NCBI GenBank assembly: GCA_965287045.1
Contig: OZ336870.1
Location: 80,228,001 to 80,292,000, forward strand
DNA: 64,000 nucleotides
Reading direction: 5' to 3'
Source of the DNA: Carcharhinus amblyrhynchos
Taxonomy: Eukaryota
The notes beneath the pieces are model-generated. The model did not search any database, had not been told where the DNA came from, and saw only the letters and a program-made list of their open reading frames with translations. Made by a program: the position numbers and the translations under genes. Within the stretch, counting starts at the first letter, position 1. Each line of letters opens with the position of its first letter. This document shows, one piece after another, positions 60,936 through 64,000 of this stretch.

Positions 60936-62760
60936 ACCTCACCCAGAAAATATGGCTGTGTGTCCTCCTGGTGTGCAGTCTTGACCTCATGACTCATCTT
61001 TGGTGTTTCGATCTTTTGACCTTGCACAATTTGCTGTTACATTGAAAGCATTGGGCTGAAATTGCAGCACATTGACTTCATCTGTGGGGGCACTTTACAA
61101 TGCTGGCAAAGTCACTCTAATGGTCCGTAAGGTAATTTTTCCCCTGGCCCTGAATTGTCCCTGTTTCTGTGCTGCTGAACTAACTGGACTGTGAGGTTTC
61201 CTTTGTACCATGATTTACTTCCTCCTCTTAAAATGGACCTCTGCTGCACACAAAGTTCAGACTGCCTGGTAATCTGAATAGCGTTCTCAAGGGCTAGATC
61301 TTCCTTCTCTTGCAGCATGTCAGACAGTCTGCTATTCCTACAACTATTCTACTCCCAATAAATTCAGATTTTAGGTCTCTATATCTGCAGCTTTCAGCCA
61401 TCCTCTACAGATCATTAATGAATGAGGTGGCAGGTTCTCCTGGCTGCTGGAGACACTTATTAAATTTAACTCTTTCAGAGGTTTTGTTGTTTGTTGGGTT
61501 AAAATAAATAGCAAATGATTTTAGCACTTCGTTCAAATTCAGCAGATAATTTGTTGATTCCTTATCTTGCAATAATGTTGTCCACTATTAGCAAATAAAA
61601 CAGTATGTTAATGTGTGCAGCTTTTTATGCAGACTGAAGCAGTCATGTATCTAAGGAATCTTTTACTCCAGACGCCCCAATTATGTGATTACTCTGAGCC
61701 TTGGATGAGTTAATATCGATCTGGGGAGTAGGTTTCTGATCCATGGTTAAAAAATGATGTAAATGTAAACTCAGCTTTAAGAAGTTGCTGAAATTTGACA
61801 TGGCTGACCATTTGTTTGATGACAAAGAGTTCACTTCCTTCTGCAGATACTGTAGGCTCTGGAGGTCTTCTGCTCTTGTTCGGCATGATAAAAATATTTT
61901 AAACAAAAGCTGCTTGGATTGATGTTGCTGTTTCAGTGTTATGCTTTAGGGTTGCTAAAGCATCAAATCCTGGCCTTTACTTGTCTTTAAAGCTCATTCT
62001 TTAGTCATGATTCTTCCAAAATAACTTTGTCCCCCCCCCAATTTCTGGAGTAAGCTGAGATGCCACGTGTTCAGCCACCAGCTTGGGAATTTGGCTTTTC
62101 CTTCAGAGCTTATAAATAGCAATTTCTGATCACTGAATTATATGAAAGTTTCTTGGGACTTGCCTTCTTGGAATTTAAAAGCTCACCCCTGCTAGTCTGC
62201 TGATTCTGCACTTGAAGCTGGACTTTCAAGAGGTCCTATGGAATCTTCTGCTGTAGTGAGGAATTTTACATTACTGTCTTCAGCTTCCAAGCCTTTCTTT
62301 GGGCTTTTCTCTGGTAATTTTCCTCTGTGTGTCTGCTTCTTGAACTTTAATTCAGGTCAGGCTGTTTATTTTTCTTTCGTCTTGCAGGAGTTCAATTTTT
62401 CTCTATATTTTCTCATGAGATTTTGGGTTTTTGTTTCTTCAGCCATCATTTTGTAAGTTGATGGATACCATTTGGCAAATCTTAATGAAGTCTTCATAGT
62501 CTTAAGTAGTTTAACTCTATTTATTAAGAACTATGTGCATTTATACAGTCAACTGTTCAAGCTAGGAACTGGCTTTATGCTTGCTGAACACACCACTCTG
62601 TCCAACACTAGGTTGACCACTAGGTGTGGGTCATCTGTTCTCTTACACCATTGTGTGAACAGTAGTGTACTCAGTCTCATGTTAACCCTATATGTGCTAA
62701 ACCCATATACTACAGATACAACAACAACAAATACAGGTTATTAATAACGATCTTGTCCAC
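60936..62760 (-). mobile_element. Decayed Gypsy-type LTR retrotransposon: gag remnant (about 61000-61750) and possible LTR (about 62480-62760)
   Basis: Minus-strand remnants ERVKFNKCLQQPGEPATSFINDL, RIVVGIAD and DLALENAIQITRQSE, plus a decayed Cys/His knuckle. Confidence 0.65.
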
Positions 62761-63124
62761 AATTTTATGAATAAACATCTCTCTCTACAAGGCTAAATGA
62801 TGTAGTATGTTAATAATATCAGTGCCGCATTTGTAAATAAAGGCAGCTTCCATCTAAAATTAATTATGGTTGTACCCTCATAGATGGCCGTAACCTTATA
62901 GCTGACCACTGTAGGGTCATGTGGACTGGAAAGGCTTTACATGTATTTTGTTTAATTGTTTCTTTTTAGTCTCCCTCTTTGGGATCTCACTTGCCATCCT
63001 TTCAGTAGATAACTAGTAAGTTCGCAGGCCTTAGTTTGTTCTGCTCTATAACAGTCCAAGAAATGTTAGAAGGTGACCTGGGCAGATTTGTCTCTGATCT
63101 CTCCTTCATCTGTTGTCACTGTAG

Positions 63125-64000
63125 TCCTCTTAGGATCTTACACATTTCAGTAAGATCACTTCTCAATCTTTTAAGGTCCAATGGATACAGGCCCAGCCTG
63201 TACAATCTTTCCTTATGAGTTAACCTTCTCATTCCAGGAAGCTGCCGAGTGAATCATCTCTGAACTGCTTCTAATGCAATTATGCCCTTTCTTAAAGCAG
63301 AGACTAAACTGTGCACAGTTCTCTAAATGTGGTTTCACCAGTGCCCTGTTTAACTGTAGCAAAACATCCCCACATTTCTAATCCATTCTCCTTGCAATAA
63401 ATAACAACTTTCCATTTGACTTCCTAATCACCTGCAGTATATAAGATGCTGAGAGGAGTTGACAGGGCGAATGCTGAGAGGATGTTTCCCCTTGAGGGGG
63501 GAATCTAGAACTAGAAGGATTTACAAATAAGGGATCTCCCATCTAAGACATGATAACAAATTGTTTGTCTCAGAGGGTTGTGAGCCTGAGGAACTCTATA
63601 TATCAACGTTTCGTGTACCAGTACACTTAGGTCCCTTTGTATCTTCTGCAAAATCTTTCCTTTGAAATAATATTCTGCTTATTTATTCTTCTTGCCAAAG
63701 TGGATAAATTCACATTTTCCAAAATTAAACTCCATCTGCCAAATCTCTGCCCACTCACTTAACCTAGCTGTATCCCTTTGAAGACTCCTTATGTCCTCTT
63801 CATAACTTACTTCTCTAACTATCTTTGTGTCATCAACAAATGTAGCCATCACACAACTGATCCCATCTTTCAAGTCATTAACATATGTTGTGAATAGTAG
63901 AGGCTCCAGCACTGATCTCAACTGCACTCTACTTGTAACATCTTGCCAACTCAGAAATGATCCATTTATGCCTCCTGTCTGTTTCATGTTAACTGACCAA
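63125..64000 (-). mobile_element. CR1 fragments (minus strand 63125-63437 and 63605-64000; plus-strand piece 63440-63600)
   Basis: ORF 63679-63987 reads FVDDTKI...WAEIWQMEFNFGKCE. Confidence 0.85.

Overview
This is vertebrate genomic DNA, almost certainly from a shark or other elasmobranch: it carries several HE1-type V-SINEs, Deu-domain SINEs and CR1 LINEs with shark-type 3' tails. It looks intronic or intergenic and is dominated by layered transposable elements: CR1 (old and very young copies), Rex1/Babar, L2, Tx1, a decayed Ingi/Vingi-like LINE, a decayed PIF/Harbinger transposon with many MITEs, a Gypsy gag remnant, solo LTRs and Penelope-derived hairpin elements. I recognise no host protein-coding gene, true tRNA/rRNA gene or CRISPR array. 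The only long intact ORF (44075-45748) is the reverse transcriptase of a 5'-truncated young CR1. I did not find a convincing new biological system. The observations most worth checking are a shared 5'-truncation point and self-duplicated 5' junctions in the young CR1 family, a mirrored CR1/Rex1 inverted-repeat block at 45.2-49.3 kb, degenerate hammerhead-ribozyme cores in Penelope-derived elements, a near full-length Vingi-like LINE, a bony-fish-type SINE fragment, an HE1 tail-swap variant, and a few unassigned exon-like segments. Family names come from motif recognition by eye, not database searches, and most boundaries are approximate.
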